The notes under the pieces: generated by a model
The model's input: the letters and a program-made list of their open reading frames with translations, nothing else
What the model was told of the DNA's origin: nothing
Database searches by the model: none
Program-made: the position numbers and the translations under genes
NCBI GenBank assembly: GCA_018401295.1
Contig: JAGYLJ010000002.1
Location: 26,727 to 90,726 of the forward strand
DNA length: 64,000 nt
Origin: a bacterium
GTDB lineage: Bacteria > Patescibacteriota > Minisyncoccia > Phycocordibacterales > UBA12079
Reading direction: 5' to 3'
Part shown: piece after piece, positions 43,027 to 53,382 of the stretch
Layout: each line of letters starts with the position of its first letter
Numbering within the stretch: position 1 is the stretch's first letter

Positions 43027-45492
43027 ATGTCAAAAAAAGAAGAAAAAAATGTATTGTTTTTTAACCAATTAGAAAAAGGAGACGTTGGAATTGTGGGGGG
43101 AAAGAATTCTTCTTTAGGAGAAATGTATCAAAAATTGACTCAACATGGTGTTTTGATTCCTAATGGTTTTGCAACAACGGCAAAAGCTTATCATGTTTTT
43201 ATGGCTGAATCCGGTCTAAAAGAAAAAATACAGGAAATCTTCAAAGATTTAGATACAGGCAATATTGAAAATTTGATGGAAAGAGGGAAAAAAGCACGAG
43301 AGTTGATTGTAGAGGCAAATTTTTCTGATGAATTAAAGGAAGATATTTTAGAAGCTTACAAAAGATTATCTGAAGAAGGTGGAGTAGAAAATATGAGCGT
43401 GGCTGTTCGTTCATCAGCAACGGCTGAAGATTTACCCGATGCTTCTTTCGCTGGGCAACAGGAAACTTTTTTAAATGTTCAAGGTTCAGAAAATTTGTTG
43501 TTAGCCGTTAAAAAATGTGTGGCCTCTTTGTTTACTAACAGAGCAATTTCTTATCGTGTAGACAAAGGTTTTGATCACTTTTCCATAGCTTTATCTGTGG
43601 GAGTGCAAAAGATGGTGAGATCTGATAAAGGTAGTTCTGGTGTAATGTTTACTATTGATACTGAATCTGGTTTTGAAGACGTAGTTTTGATTAACTCCCT
43701 TTATGGTTTGGGAGAGAATATTGTTCAAGGGAAAGTTAATCCTGATGAATTTTATGTATTTAAGCCAACTCGGGCAATTATTTCTCGTTCTATAGGGGAG
43801 AAAAAAATTAAAATGATTTATAACACCGATGAAGGAGCTGAACGACCAGTTAAAGATGTTTCTGTAAATGGTGAAGATCAAAAAAAACAATCGATTACTG
43901 ATGAACAAGTTTTACAGTTGGCTGATTGGGGGGTAGTGATTGAAAAACATTATGGGAGGCCCATGGACATGGAATGGGCTTTAGACGGCGAAGATGGAAA
44001 ATTATATATCGTGCAGGCTCGACCGGAAACTGTGCAAAGTCAGAAAAATATGACTGTGATAGAAGAATACAAAATGAAAGACCCTAATCCTACGGATGGG
44101 CAAGAAAAGCGTGAAGTCCTGGTTGAAGGTCAAAGTGTTGGTTGGAAGATTGGAGCAGGTCAGGTTAATAAGATTTTAGATGTTCAACAAATTAGTGAGT
44201 TTAAAAAGGGAGAAGTTTTGGTGACTACTATGACCGATCCGGATTGGGAACCGATTATGAAAATTGCTTCGGCTATTGTTACAGATAAAGGAGGAAAGAC
44301 TTGTCACGCTGCAATTGTGTCTCGTGAGTTAGGGATTCCCTGTATTGTGGGAAGTAATGACGCAACTGAGAAGTTAAATTCTGGTGATCAAGTAACAGTA
44401 TCTTGTAGCGAAGGGGAAAGAGGGAAGGTTTATAAGGGTATTTTAGAATTTGAAGTTAAAACTACAAAAATTGATAATTTACCAAAACCAAAAACTAAAG
44501 TAATGATGCACATTGGTGATCCATCTTTAGCTTTTGCTTCTTCTTTTATTCCTAATGAAGGGGTGGGATTGGCACGCCTAGAATTTATTATAAACAATTC
44601 TATTAAGATTCATCCATTGGCTTTGATTAATTATGATAAACAGGAGGGCGAAGTGAAGAGTAAAATTGATGAGTTGACGGTTGGTTATGATGATAAGAAA
44701 AAATTTTTTATAAATAAATTAGCTGAAGGAGTGGGAACTATTGCGGCCGCTTTTTACCCTAAAGATGTGATTGTGAGATTGTCGGATTTTAAGACTAATG
44801 AATATGCTAACCTAATCGGAGGAACTCAGTATGAGCCGATTGAAGCAAACCCAATGATGGGATGGCGTGGGGCCAGTCGTTATTATTCAGAGGCCTTTCT
44901 GCCTGCTTTTGAAATGGAATGTGCTGCTTTGAAAAAAGTGCGAGATGATATGGGATTGAAAAATTTAAAGGTGATGATTCCAATTTGTAGAACCGTGGAA
45001 GAGGGGGAAAAAGTTTTGGGGATTATGGCGGAGAATGGTTTAAAGAGAGGTGAAAACCCTAATCCTGCGGACGGGCAAGGTGGACTGGAAGTTTATGTGA
45101 TGGCAGAAGTTCCTTCTAATATAATTTTAGCTGAGAAATTTGCTGAAATTTTTGACGGATTCTCTATTGGTTCAAATGATTTAACTCAATTTACTTTAGC
45201 TATTGATAGAGACTCCAGCGCTAATTTTGATGTGGAGGGAGTATCCAATGAAAATAATGAAGCAGTCAAAATTTTGTTAAAAGATTTAATTACGAAGGCG
45301 AAAAAATCAAAAACAAAAGTTGGTATTTGTGGACAAGCACCGAGTGACTATCCAGAAATGGTTGAATTTTTGGTAGAATGTGGAATTGATAGTATTTCTT
45401 TGACGCCTGATACTGTGATTAAAAGTACTGAGGTTGTTTATCAAACTGAACAAAAATTAAAGAAGGGTTTATTCAAGTTCGGTAAAAAATAA
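43027..45492 (+). CDS. ppsA: Phosphoenolpyruvate synthase
   Basis: 821 aa; TDPDWEP, GGKTCHAAIVSRELGIP, GFSIGSNDLTQ motifs. Confidence 0.93.
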   Translation: MSKKEEKNVLFFNQLEKGDVGIVGGKNSSLGEMYQKLTQHGVLIPNGFATTAKAYHVFMAESGLKEKIQEIFKDLDTGNIENLMERGKKARELIVEANFSDELKEDILEAYKRLSEEGGVENMSVAVRSSATAEDLPDASFAGQQETFLNVQGSENLLLAVKKCVASLFTNRAISYRVDKGFDHFSIALSVGVQKMVRSDKGSSGVMFTIDTESGFEDVVLINSLYGLGENIVQGKVNPDEFYVFKPTRAIISRSIGEKKIKMIYNTDEGAERPVKDVSVNGEDQKKQSITDEQVLQLADWGVVIEKHYGRPMDMEWALDGEDGKLYIVQARPETVQSQKNMTVIEEYKMKDPNPTDGQEKREVLVEGQSVGWKIGAGQVNKILDVQQISEFKKGEVLVTTMTDPDWEPIMKIASAIVTDKGGKTCHAAIVSRELGIPCIVGSNDATEKLNSGDQVTVSCSEGERGKVYKGILEFEVKTTKIDNLPKPKTKVMMHIGDPSLAFASSFIPNEGVGLARLEFIINNSIKIHPLALINYDKQEGEVKSKIDELTVGYDDKKKFFINKLAEGVGTIAAAFYPKDVIVRLSDFKTNEYANLIGGTQYEPIEANPMMGWRGASRYYSEAFLPAFEMECAALKKVRDDMGLKNLKVMIPICRTVEEGEKVLGIMAENGLKRGENPNPADGQGGLEVYVMAEVPSNIILAEKFAEIFDGFSIGSNDLTQFTLAIDRDSSANFDVEGVSNENNEAVKILLKDLITKAKKSKTKVGICGQAPSDYPEMVEFLVECGIDSISLTPDTVIKSTEVVYQTEQKLKKGLFKFGKK

Positions 45493-45496
45493 TTTT

Positions 45497-46693
45497 ATGG
45501 AAGTTACTAGCTGTCATGCTTATAAAATAAATGATTCTCGTGGAGATGAGACTTTAGAAGTGGAGATGTTCGCTGGTGAATTTTCTGCGAAAGCGTCTGT
45601 TCCTTCTGGAAAATCAACTGGATCAAGGGAAGCTGTGGCTTTATCAGCTGATGAAGCGATAAAAAATGTTAATGAGGTTGTTGCTCCACAATTGGTTGGT
45701 AGGGAGGTCAATTTTTCTGAAATTGATAAGTTCCTTTTGGAGTTAGACGGGACAGAAAATAAATCAGAATTAGGGGCTAACGCTATTTTAGGATTGAGTA
45801 TCGCTGTTTTAAAATTGGAGGCAAAAATTGAAGGACAACCACTTTGGCAATATATTCAATCACTTGGATGTTCAACCTCCAAGGATTCTGGGGATAATTC
45901 AATTAGGTTTCCGAGACTGTTTGCTAATGTTTTAAATGGAGGGACTCATGCTGATTTTCGATTACCTTTTCAAGAATATATGTTTGTGTTGGGGAATGGT
46001 TTAAATGTGGCTGGACCAGTAGAACAGTTGAAAGTTTTGTTTGAACAATTAGGAAAGAAATTAAAAAAGAATGGTAAGGAGATTAAAATGGGGGACGAGG
46101 GAGGTTTTTCTTTTAAGTCTGATAATATCGAAGAACCATTTGATATTTTATCAGAGTTGCATAATAAACTTGCACTTGATGTGGCGGGAGGGGAATTTTT
46201 TGAGAACGGTAAGTATCGTATTTTTGATAAGGAGTACTCATCTGGGGAATTATTGGAAATTTATGAGAATTTAGTCAAAAAATTCCCTATAGTCAGTATT
46301 GAGGATCCTTTCTCAGAAAATGATTTTAATGGTTTTAAACAAGTGATGGAAAAGACAGGCGAGATTGTTTTAATTGTGGGGGATGATTTGACAACGACTA
46401 ATGTAAAGATGATTGAGAAAACGATTGAGGAAAAAATGATAAATGCAGTTTTAATTAAACCTAATCAAATTGGAACAGTCACAGAAACTTTGGAGGCTAT
46501 TCAGATGACTCATAAAGCTGGATTGAAAACAATTATTTCCCATCGTTCTGGCGAGACTGAGGATTCTTTCATTGCTGATTTAGCCGTAGGGGTAGGAGCC
46601 TACGGAATTAAGGCTGGAGCTATTAGTCAACTAGAAAGGATGACTAAGTATGATAGATTGATAGAGATTGAAAAAGAGGTAGGTAAATGTTAA
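45497..46693 (+). CDS. eno: Enolase (short form)
   Basis: SRGDETLEVE...SVPSGKSTGSREA...SHRSGETED. Confidence 0.9.
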   Translation: MEVTSCHAYKINDSRGDETLEVEMFAGEFSAKASVPSGKSTGSREAVALSADEAIKNVNEVVAPQLVGREVNFSEIDKFLLELDGTENKSELGANAILGLSIAVLKLEAKIEGQPLWQYIQSLGCSTSKDSGDNSIRFPRLFANVLNGGTHADFRLPFQEYMFVLGNGLNVAGPVEQLKVLFEQLGKKLKKNGKEIKMGDEGGFSFKSDNIEEPFDILSELHNKLALDVAGGEFFENGKYRIFDKEYSSGELLEIYENLVKKFPIVSIEDPFSENDFNGFKQVMEKTGEIVLIVGDDLTTTNVKMIEKTIEEKMINAVLIKPNQIGTVTETLEAIQMTHKAGLKTIISHRSGETEDSFIADLAVGVGAYGIKAGAISQLERMTKYDRLIEIEKEVGKC

Positions 46694-46702
46694 CTTAGGG
46701 TG

Positions 46703-47332
46703 ATGATATTTCATATTATTACAATCTTCCCAGAGTCGTTTGATTCGTATTTAAACGAGTCGATTTTGGCGCGGGCAGTTAAAAATAAAAAAATTCAGGT
46801 TAAATTCTATAACCCGAGAGATTATGTAAAAGAAGGGCGAGTAGATTATAAGCCTTATGGAGGAGGTCCTGGAATGGTTATGAAAGTGGAGCCAGTCGTA
46901 AAAGCTATCCAAAAAGCTGTTGGTAGGAAAAAAGGATTGAAAATTATTTTTTTGTCACCATCTGGAAAACTATTTGATAACACCTTTGCTAAGAAACTTT
47001 CTAAAAGTCATAAAGAGGTTGTTATCATCTGTGGCAACTATGAAGGGATTGATGCAAGAGTTAAAAAGATTTTTAGGGCTCAAGAAATTTCTATTGGAGA
47101 TTATGTGTTGACGGGTGGGGCATTGCCAGCGATGATTTTGATTGACGTAATTTCTCGCCAAGTAGAGGGAGTGTTAAATAAAATGGAATCATTGGAAGAA
47201 AACCGTGTGTCCAGTTCGGAGGTTTATACTCGCCCAGAAGTATTTAAATACAAAAATAAAAATTATAAAGTGCCCAAGATTCTTCTTTCTGGCCACCACA
47301 AAAAAATTGAAGAGTGGAAACAGAGAAAATAG
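46703..47332 (+). CDS. trmD: tRNA (guanine37-N1)-methyltransferase
   Basis: MIFHIITIFPESFDSYL...; GGPGMVM; YEGIDAR. Confidence 0.9.
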   Translation: MIFHIITIFPESFDSYLNESILARAVKNKKIQVKFYNPRDYVKEGRVDYKPYGGGPGMVMKVEPVVKAIQKAVGRKKGLKIIFLSPSGKLFDNTFAKKLSKSHKEVVIICGNYEGIDARVKKIFRAQEISIGDYVLTGGALPAMILIDVISRQVEGVLNKMESLEENRVSSSEVYTRPEVFKYKNKNYKVPKILLSGHHKKIEEWKQRK

Positions 47333-47466
47333 GGAATTGTTAGATAATTGGTTGTTAAAAAACTGTTCAGACTACTAATTGTGTTTTTTATTAATTTATT
47401 TTCTTAGGACTTTTTTATACATGAGGTATTTCTTTATTAGAGCTTTTTATAGTAAAATATAATCTA

Positions 47467-48723
47467 ATGATAGAAAGTTTCATTACTTCTTTACCGGTAT
47501 CTTTTCAATGGTTGTTTTCATCTGTTTTAAATAATTTATATTTATTTTTGCCGCTTTGGTTGCCTTTTGTTTTGTTATATATTCTTTGGCACGTTTGGAT
47601 TAATTATATAAAAATGAAGTTTGTGGTTGACCAGGAATATGTACTTATTGAAGTAAAATTACCTAATGAGATTAAGAAAACACCGTTGGCCATGGAGTTA
47701 TTTTTAAATGCTTTAAATCAAACAATCGGAGAAAGTACTTTTATTCACAGATATATAAAAGGTTCAGAAAGACCAACTTTTTCTTTGGAGTTGGTTTCAT
47801 TAGAAGGGGATGTAAAGTTTTTTATTTGGACTAGGAAATTTTGGAAGAATTTGGTTGAAGCTCAAATTTATGCTCAATACCCTGATATAGAAGTAATGGA
47901 AGTTGTTGATTACACAAAGCTTGTTAAATACAGTCCTGAAAATTTATCTATGTGGGGATGTGAGTATAAATTAAAAAAAGATGATTTTTATCCAATTAAA
48001 ACATATATAGATTACCGTTTAGAAACTGAGGGAATTAAGGAAGAAGAAAAAACAGATCCTTTGAGCCCTATTTTGGAATTTCTAGGGGCTGTTGGTTCTG
48101 GTCAGCAGGTCTGGATGCAGATCCTAGTTAAGGCTCATAAGGCTGAGAGACATAAAAGTTTAAAATGGAAAGAAAGGATTAAAAAGATGGAATTTTCTGG
48201 TAAGGAAGACTGGAGAGATCAGGGGCAAAAAGAAGTTCAAAATTTGGTGAAAAAGGTTTTAGTTGATGAAAAAGATCCAACTAAGGGTTATCGAATAATG
48301 ACCAAAGGTGAGTTAAATGTTGTTTCAGCTTTAGAAAGAAGTATTTCTAAATTAAGTTTTGACTGCAATATTAAGGCTATTTATTTAGCTGAAAAAGATA
48401 AGTTTGATGCTATAAATATTATGGGTTTGTTAGGAGCATTTAAACAATTTAATTCACTTGATTTAAATCAATTCGGGGTTAAGTCATCGACGAGTTTTGA
48501 TTATCCTTGGCAAGATTATAAAGGTATGAGAGCTAATCGACTCAAGAGACTTCTTTTTAATTCTTTTAAGAGGAGATCTTTTTCAGCAGAATATCGGCCT
48601 TTTGTTTTAAATACAGAGGAGCTAGCCACCATTTATCATTTCCCTGGAGGTGTTATTCAAACCCCTACTTTTTCTCGTCTGGTATCAAAAAAGGAAGAGG
48701 CTCCTTCGAATTTACCGATTTAA
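47467..48723 (+). CDS. Conserved hypothetical membrane-anchored protein
   Basis: N-terminal TM helices; C-terminal motif TEELATIYHFPGG. Confidence 0.65.
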   Translation: MIESFITSLPVSFQWLFSSVLNNLYLFLPLWLPFVLLYILWHVWINYIKMKFVVDQEYVLIEVKLPNEIKKTPLAMELFLNALNQTIGESTFIHRYIKGSERPTFSLELVSLEGDVKFFIWTRKFWKNLVEAQIYAQYPDIEVMEVVDYTKLVKYSPENLSMWGCEYKLKKDDFYPIKTYIDYRLETEGIKEEEKTDPLSPILEFLGAVGSGQQVWMQILVKAHKAERHKSLKWKERIKKMEFSGKEDWRDQGQKEVQNLVKKVLVDEKDPTKGYRIMTKGELNVVSALERSISKLSFDCNIKAIYLAEKDKFDAINIMGLLGAFKQFNSLDLNQFGVKSSTSFDYPWQDYKGMRANRLKRLLFNSFKRRSFSAEYRPFVLNTEELATIYHFPGGVIQTPTFSRLVSKKEEAPSNLPI

Positions 48724-48726
48724 TTT

Positions 48727-49800
48727 ATGTTCAACTTAAATAATTATAATCCAAGGAATATTAAGATTCTTTTGAAAAAAATTTTAGTTAATTGTTACCA
48801 CTGGGTAATTATGGTTATTGATTGTGTTAAAATTTCCATCTTACAAAAATCACCAAAAATAAGATTAAGGGTTAATTTAATAGCTTTCAGTTTAATAGCA
48901 TTGTCTTTTTTATATTTTTCTCTAATTTCTTCTCCAAGTGATTTTCCTGTTGGGGCAATTATTAGGATAGAGAAGGGCATGACATTAAATCAAGTTTCCG
49001 ACATGTTGAAGGAAAGGAACGTGATTAAATCATCTGTGGCATTTAGCAATTTAGTAAAGATATTTATGGATGATCGTCCTGTGATAGCCGGGGATTATTT
49101 TTTTGAAGAAAAATGTTCTCTGGCTAAAGTCCTACATAGAATGACTCTCGGTATTTATGGTATTTCTCCAACTAAAATAATGTTCGTAGAGGGACTGACT
49201 ATCTATGATATGGCGAATCTTCTTAACAAGAAATTCCCGGGGTTTAATAAGGAAGAGTTCATTGAGTTGGCTCAAGATGAGGAAGGCTTTCTATTCCCTG
49301 ATACATATTATTTTTTACCAACTGTAACACCGAGAGCTGTAATTTCTACAATGAAAGATAACTTTTATGAAAGAATTAAAGAGATATCTGAACAGATAGA
49401 TAAATTTGGTAAGGAGTTAAAAGAAGTGGTTATAATGGCTTCAATCTTAGAGAAAGAAGCAAGAACTTTAAAATCAAAACAGATGATTGCTGGAATTTTA
49501 TGGAAAAGAATCGAAATTAATATGCCCCTTCAGGTAGATGCTGTTTTTCCTTATATTATTGGTAAAAATACCTATCAGTTGAGCTTAGAGGATCTAAAAG
49601 TTGATTCTCCTTATAATACTTATACAAATAAAGGGCTGCCAATAGGCCCGATTGCTAATCCGAGTTTATGGTCTCTTTTAGCTGCTGTTACTCCGGTCAG
49701 TTCTGATTACCTTTTCTATTTGTCAGATGATTATGGAAATATGCATTATGCCGTCGATTTTGAACAACATAAAAACAACAAGCGTTTGTATTTATACTAA
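48727..49800 (+). CDS. mltG: Endolytic murein transglycosylase MltG (YceG-like)
   Basis: ASILEKEA...SPYNTYTNKGLPIGPIANP. Confidence 0.85.
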   Translation: MFNLNNYNPRNIKILLKKILVNCYHWVIMVIDCVKISILQKSPKIRLRVNLIAFSLIALSFLYFSLISSPSDFPVGAIIRIEKGMTLNQVSDMLKERNVIKSSVAFSNLVKIFMDDRPVIAGDYFFEEKCSLAKVLHRMTLGIYGISPTKIMFVEGLTIYDMANLLNKKFPGFNKEEFIELAQDEEGFLFPDTYYFLPTVTPRAVISTMKDNFYERIKEISEQIDKFGKELKEVVIMASILEKEARTLKSKQMIAGILWKRIEINMPLQVDAVFPYIIGKNTYQLSLEDLKVDSPYNTYTNKGLPIGPIANPSLWSLLAAVTPVSSDYLFYLSDDYGNMHYAVDFEQHKNNKRLYLY

Positions 49801-49891
49801 GTGGGTTAGATTTAATGGGAATTAAAATGAAAACAACCACCTTTTAAAAGATGGTTGTTTTTAGATATTATTTAAAAATAATTTGGAGGTA

Positions 49892-50341
49892 TTAGTTTTT
49901 TACTCTTAATTGAGTTCTCCTTTCTTTATCTATCTTAGGTAACGTCAGTATTAAGAGGCCATATTTTTCTGTGGCGTTAGACTCTTCAATATCGATTTCT
50001 GCTGGTAACATAATTGTTCTTGAAAAAGAACCCCAATATAATTCCTGATGATAGTAATTATCTTTGGTAATTTCTTGTTCTTCTAGGCGTGTTCCTTTTA
50101 TAGTTACCATATCTCTGGTAATAGATATATCTAAATCTTCAGGTCTAACTCCTGCTACCATAGTTTTAACTATTATCCTATCTTTATCATCGTAAACGTC
50201 AACAGATAATTCACCGTCACTTTCTTCCCAAGAAGAACTTTCAGATTGCTGGTTTTCATCATCTATACTGAGACTTACAAAATCCTCTGTCTCATCTTCT
50301 CTACCAGCTGTTCCAGTTAATTTATCAAAAAATGATTTCAT
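49892..50341 (-). CDS. Hsp20 / alpha-crystallin small heat-shock protein
   Basis: ACD-like core ...FSRTIMLPAEID...GLLILTLPK. Confidence 0.85.
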   Translation of the reverse strand: MKSFFDKLTGTAGREDETEDFVSLSIDDENQQSESSSWEESDGELSVDVYDDKDRIIVKTMVAGVRPEDLDISITRDMVTIKGTRLEEQEITKDNYYHQELYWGSFSRTIMLPAEIDIEESNATEKYGLLILTLPKIDKERRTQLRVKN

Positions 50342-50388
50342 CTTTTATTAAACTTAATTATATTATTTTTTTAAGTTTATTTTAGTTA

Positions 50389-51102
50389 TTAATTTCTTTT
50401 TTTTATTTTTTTAACTATCTCAAATAAAAATATTAATAGAATTGCCACCGCCCAAATCATTATAAACATGAAGAACATTTCGCTACCTTTTGTTTTAATT
50501 ATAAAAAAATTAAAAAAACTATGCAATAGGACGGAGAGGGTAATTCCAATAAGCAGGTACCACATTTTTAAAACCTTATTTTTGTAGAAAGATAGTGCAA
50601 TAAATAAACCGATGACACCAGATGAAATTGTGTGAAGTAGTGTAGCCCCGATAAATCGCATATTTCCTACTAGTAGCGCTTGGGTTAAGTTACCACCAGT
50701 TGTTTTTACTGAGTGAAGTAAAAATAAAGTGTTTTCTAAAGCTGCAAATCCAAGAGCAATAACGATCATATATATGATTGCATCGATGGGTTCGTCCATA
50801 TATCTTTTTCTTAAGGAACTGAAATAAGCTCCAAAATACTTAAATATTTCTTCGGCGAAAGAGAAAACGACAATGGGTATAATACCAGCTACAGGAAGAA
50901 ACTTTGCGAGGAATTCTTCTACTGGAAGGACTAGCATTGCTGATATAGCTCCGAAAATAAAAGCCAGAAGAATATATTTGCGTGGTTCAGGGTGGAGTTT
51001 ATCTTCTCTTAACCAAAACCACAACCAAATAAGGATTGGAAGTATCCCCCCTAGAATTGTGTAAAAGATAGTTGTTTGGCTCAAAGTGACTTGTTCTAAC
51101 AT
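50389..51102 (-). CDS. PrsW-family intramembrane protease
   Basis: Polytopic; AEEIFKY and HTISSG motifs. Confidence 0.75.
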   Translation of the reverse strand: MLEQVTLSQTTIFYTILGGILPILIWLWFWLREDKLHPEPRKYILLAFIFGAISAMLVLPVEEFLAKFLPVAGIIPIVVFSFAEEIFKYFGAYFSSLRKRYMDEPIDAIIYMIVIALGFAALENTLFLLHSVKTTGGNLTQALLVGNMRFIGATLLHTISSGVIGLFIALSFYKNKVLKMWYLLIGITLSVLLHSFFNFFIIKTKGSEMFFMFIMIWAVAILLIFLFEIVKKIKKRN

Positions 51103-51107
51103 AGGAG

Positions 51108-53321
51108 TTAATTGGAATTAGGCCAGTTTTCAATCATTAAAAGTTTTTTATTTTTGATTGGTAATTCAGACCAAATTTCTTCTGTGATGAAAGGCATAAA
51201 GGGATGTAGGATTTTTAAAATATTTTGTAATATATATAACAGTATCAACTGAGTTTCTTTTCTTTGCCCGTCTGAAAGATTAGGGTCTGATAGCTTACTT
51301 TTACTTTCTTCTATTATTTTATCAGCAAACTCATGCCAAGTATAGTGATATATTTTTTCACTAGCTAGATAGAAACGATAGTTTTCCATATCACTTGTTA
51401 TATCAGAGATAATTTTTTCTAATTCCTCAATTTGTAGATTGGAACTTCTAATTTTTCTTAATTCTTCTGAATCGAAATCTATCTCTCCTAGAGCTTGGGT
51501 GTTATCTAAAATAAATCGGGTAATGTTCCAAAGTTTATTTGAGAATTTTTTGTAGGCTTTTACTTTATCTTCACTGAATTTGACATCTTGTCCCGGTGCA
51601 ACAGCGACTAATAAAGACATACGTAGGGCATCAGTTCCGTATTTTTCGATTATATCTAACGGGTCGATAGCATTACCTAGAGATTTGGAAAATTTTCTAT
51701 TTTTATCATCCCTAACTAGCCCATGGATGTAAACTGTTTTAAAAGGAATTTCACCAATTAAATATGTACTCATAAGAATCATTCTGGCTACCCAAAAGAA
51801 CAATATGTCATGGGCTGTTTCTAGTAGATCAGTGGGGTGATATAGTTCTAGATCATTAGTTTTATTAGGCCATCCTAGGGTTGAAAATGTCCACAAACCA
51901 GAAGAAAACCAGGTATCTAGGGTATCTGGGTCTTGTTCCCAACTATTTTCCTGAGGAGCTTCTATTCCTACATGGACTTCTTCGTCAGACTTATCCTTAT
52001 TTTTATACCAAACAGGGATCTGATGTCCATACCAGATTTGTCTTGAAATGCACCAGTCTTGTAGTTTATCTATCCAGTTGAAATAAGTTTTATTAAAACG
52101 GTCTGGTAAAATTTTAACTTCTTTTGTTTCAACAACTTTTTTCATCAGGTCTTTTAGACAGACTTCTTCTGAAGTTTTTATTCCTTCAATTTTGGAATGA
52201 GGGAGTTTAAATTTTTTATTAACGTCAATAAACCATTGTAATTTTGGTAGTGGTTCAATAACTGCACTTGTTCTTTCCGCGGTGGAAACATTGTGTTCTA
52301 TTTCTTTTTCCTCCATCATCAAGTTATTCTCTTTGAGCCATCCAATAACTATCTCTCTGGCTTCTTTTACTTTTTTACCATTGAGATTTTCACCTACATT
52401 TTTCATGCAAGCATACTCGCTAATGATCTCTTTAGAAGGTAAATTATTATCTAATGCCATTTTTTCATCTACCTTTGAATGGGCAGGAGTTACACCTAGA
52501 GCACCAGTTCCAAATTCTGGATCGACTTCTCGATCAGAGATAATTTTAATAGAAAGCTTAACTCCACAAAAATCTTCAATTTCAAAAGTTTTTCCAACAA
52601 ATTCTTTGTATCTTTTGTCGTTAGGGTTTACAGCCACAGCAGTATCACCGACTTTTGTTTCTGGACGTGTAGTTGAGATAGCAATAGGGAAATCTTTTGA
52701 ATATTTAAATGTATATAAGGTTGTTTTTCTTTCTTCGTAAACAATCTCGTCATCAGAAATAACGGTTTGACCTTTAGGATCCCAGTTAATAACTTTATTT
52801 TTTCTATAAATTAACCCATCTTCGTACATTCTTTGAAAAGCTGTTTTAACTGCTAAGTTTCTTTGTTCATCAAGTGTGAAAGCTAGACGAGACCAATCCA
52901 AAGAAGACCCCATTCTTTTGGTCTGAGATATAATAGTTTTTTGAGAATCCATTGCAAACTCATTAACTTTATCTAAAAATTTTTCTCTACCTAGGTCGTG
53001 TTTTTTAATCCCTTCTTTTGCTAGGAGTTTTTCTACTTTGGTTTGGGTGGCAATAGCAGCGTGATCTGTTCCGGGTAACCATAGAGTTTTTTTCCCTTGC
53101 ATTCTTTGAAAACGGATAGCTGTATCTTCAATGGCTAACATGTCAGCATGTCCTAAATGAAGAATTCCTGTGACGTTGGGAGGAGGTAAAACCATAGAAT
53201 ATGGTTTTTGGTGTCTCTCTGGTAGATTGTCAGGATTAAAATAACCGCTATCTTCCCAAATTTTATAGATTTTTTCCTCTGTTTCTTGAGGGTTATAGGG
53301 TTTTAAGAATTTCTCGTGCAT
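51108..53321 (-). CDS. valS: Valyl-tRNA synthetase (short, 737 aa)
   Basis: PPPNVTGILHLGH (HIGH) and KFSKSLGN (KMSKS). Confidence 0.92.
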   Translation of the reverse strand: MHEKFLKPYNPQETEEKIYKIWEDSGYFNPDNLPERHQKPYSMVLPPPNVTGILHLGHADMLAIEDTAIRFQRMQGKKTLWLPGTDHAAIATQTKVEKLLAKEGIKKHDLGREKFLDKVNEFAMDSQKTIISQTKRMGSSLDWSRLAFTLDEQRNLAVKTAFQRMYEDGLIYRKNKVINWDPKGQTVISDDEIVYEERKTTLYTFKYSKDFPIAISTTRPETKVGDTAVAVNPNDKRYKEFVGKTFEIEDFCGVKLSIKIISDREVDPEFGTGALGVTPAHSKVDEKMALDNNLPSKEIISEYACMKNVGENLNGKKVKEAREIVIGWLKENNLMMEEKEIEHNVSTAERTSAVIEPLPKLQWFIDVNKKFKLPHSKIEGIKTSEEVCLKDLMKKVVETKEVKILPDRFNKTYFNWIDKLQDWCISRQIWYGHQIPVWYKNKDKSDEEVHVGIEAPQENSWEQDPDTLDTWFSSGLWTFSTLGWPNKTNDLELYHPTDLLETAHDILFFWVARMILMSTYLIGEIPFKTVYIHGLVRDDKNRKFSKSLGNAIDPLDIIEKYGTDALRMSLLVAVAPGQDVKFSEDKVKAYKKFSNKLWNITRFILDNTQALGEIDFDSEELRKIRSSNLQIEELEKIISDITSDMENYRFYLASEKIYHYTWHEFADKIIEESKSKLSDPNLSDGQRKETQLILLYILQNILKILHPFMPFITEEIWSELPIKNKKLLMIENWPNSN

Positions 53322-53382
53322 TTAAATATAGTATCATAAATAAAGAGTCTTTTCCAAAACCTTGTTTTGTATAAGTATAGTT

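Noticed and set aside
42794-43072. Track ORF (92 aa) upstream of and overlapping the ppsA start
   Set aside because: It runs straight through the perfect 68-bp palindrome and the ppsA promoter region, and its composition is non-coding.
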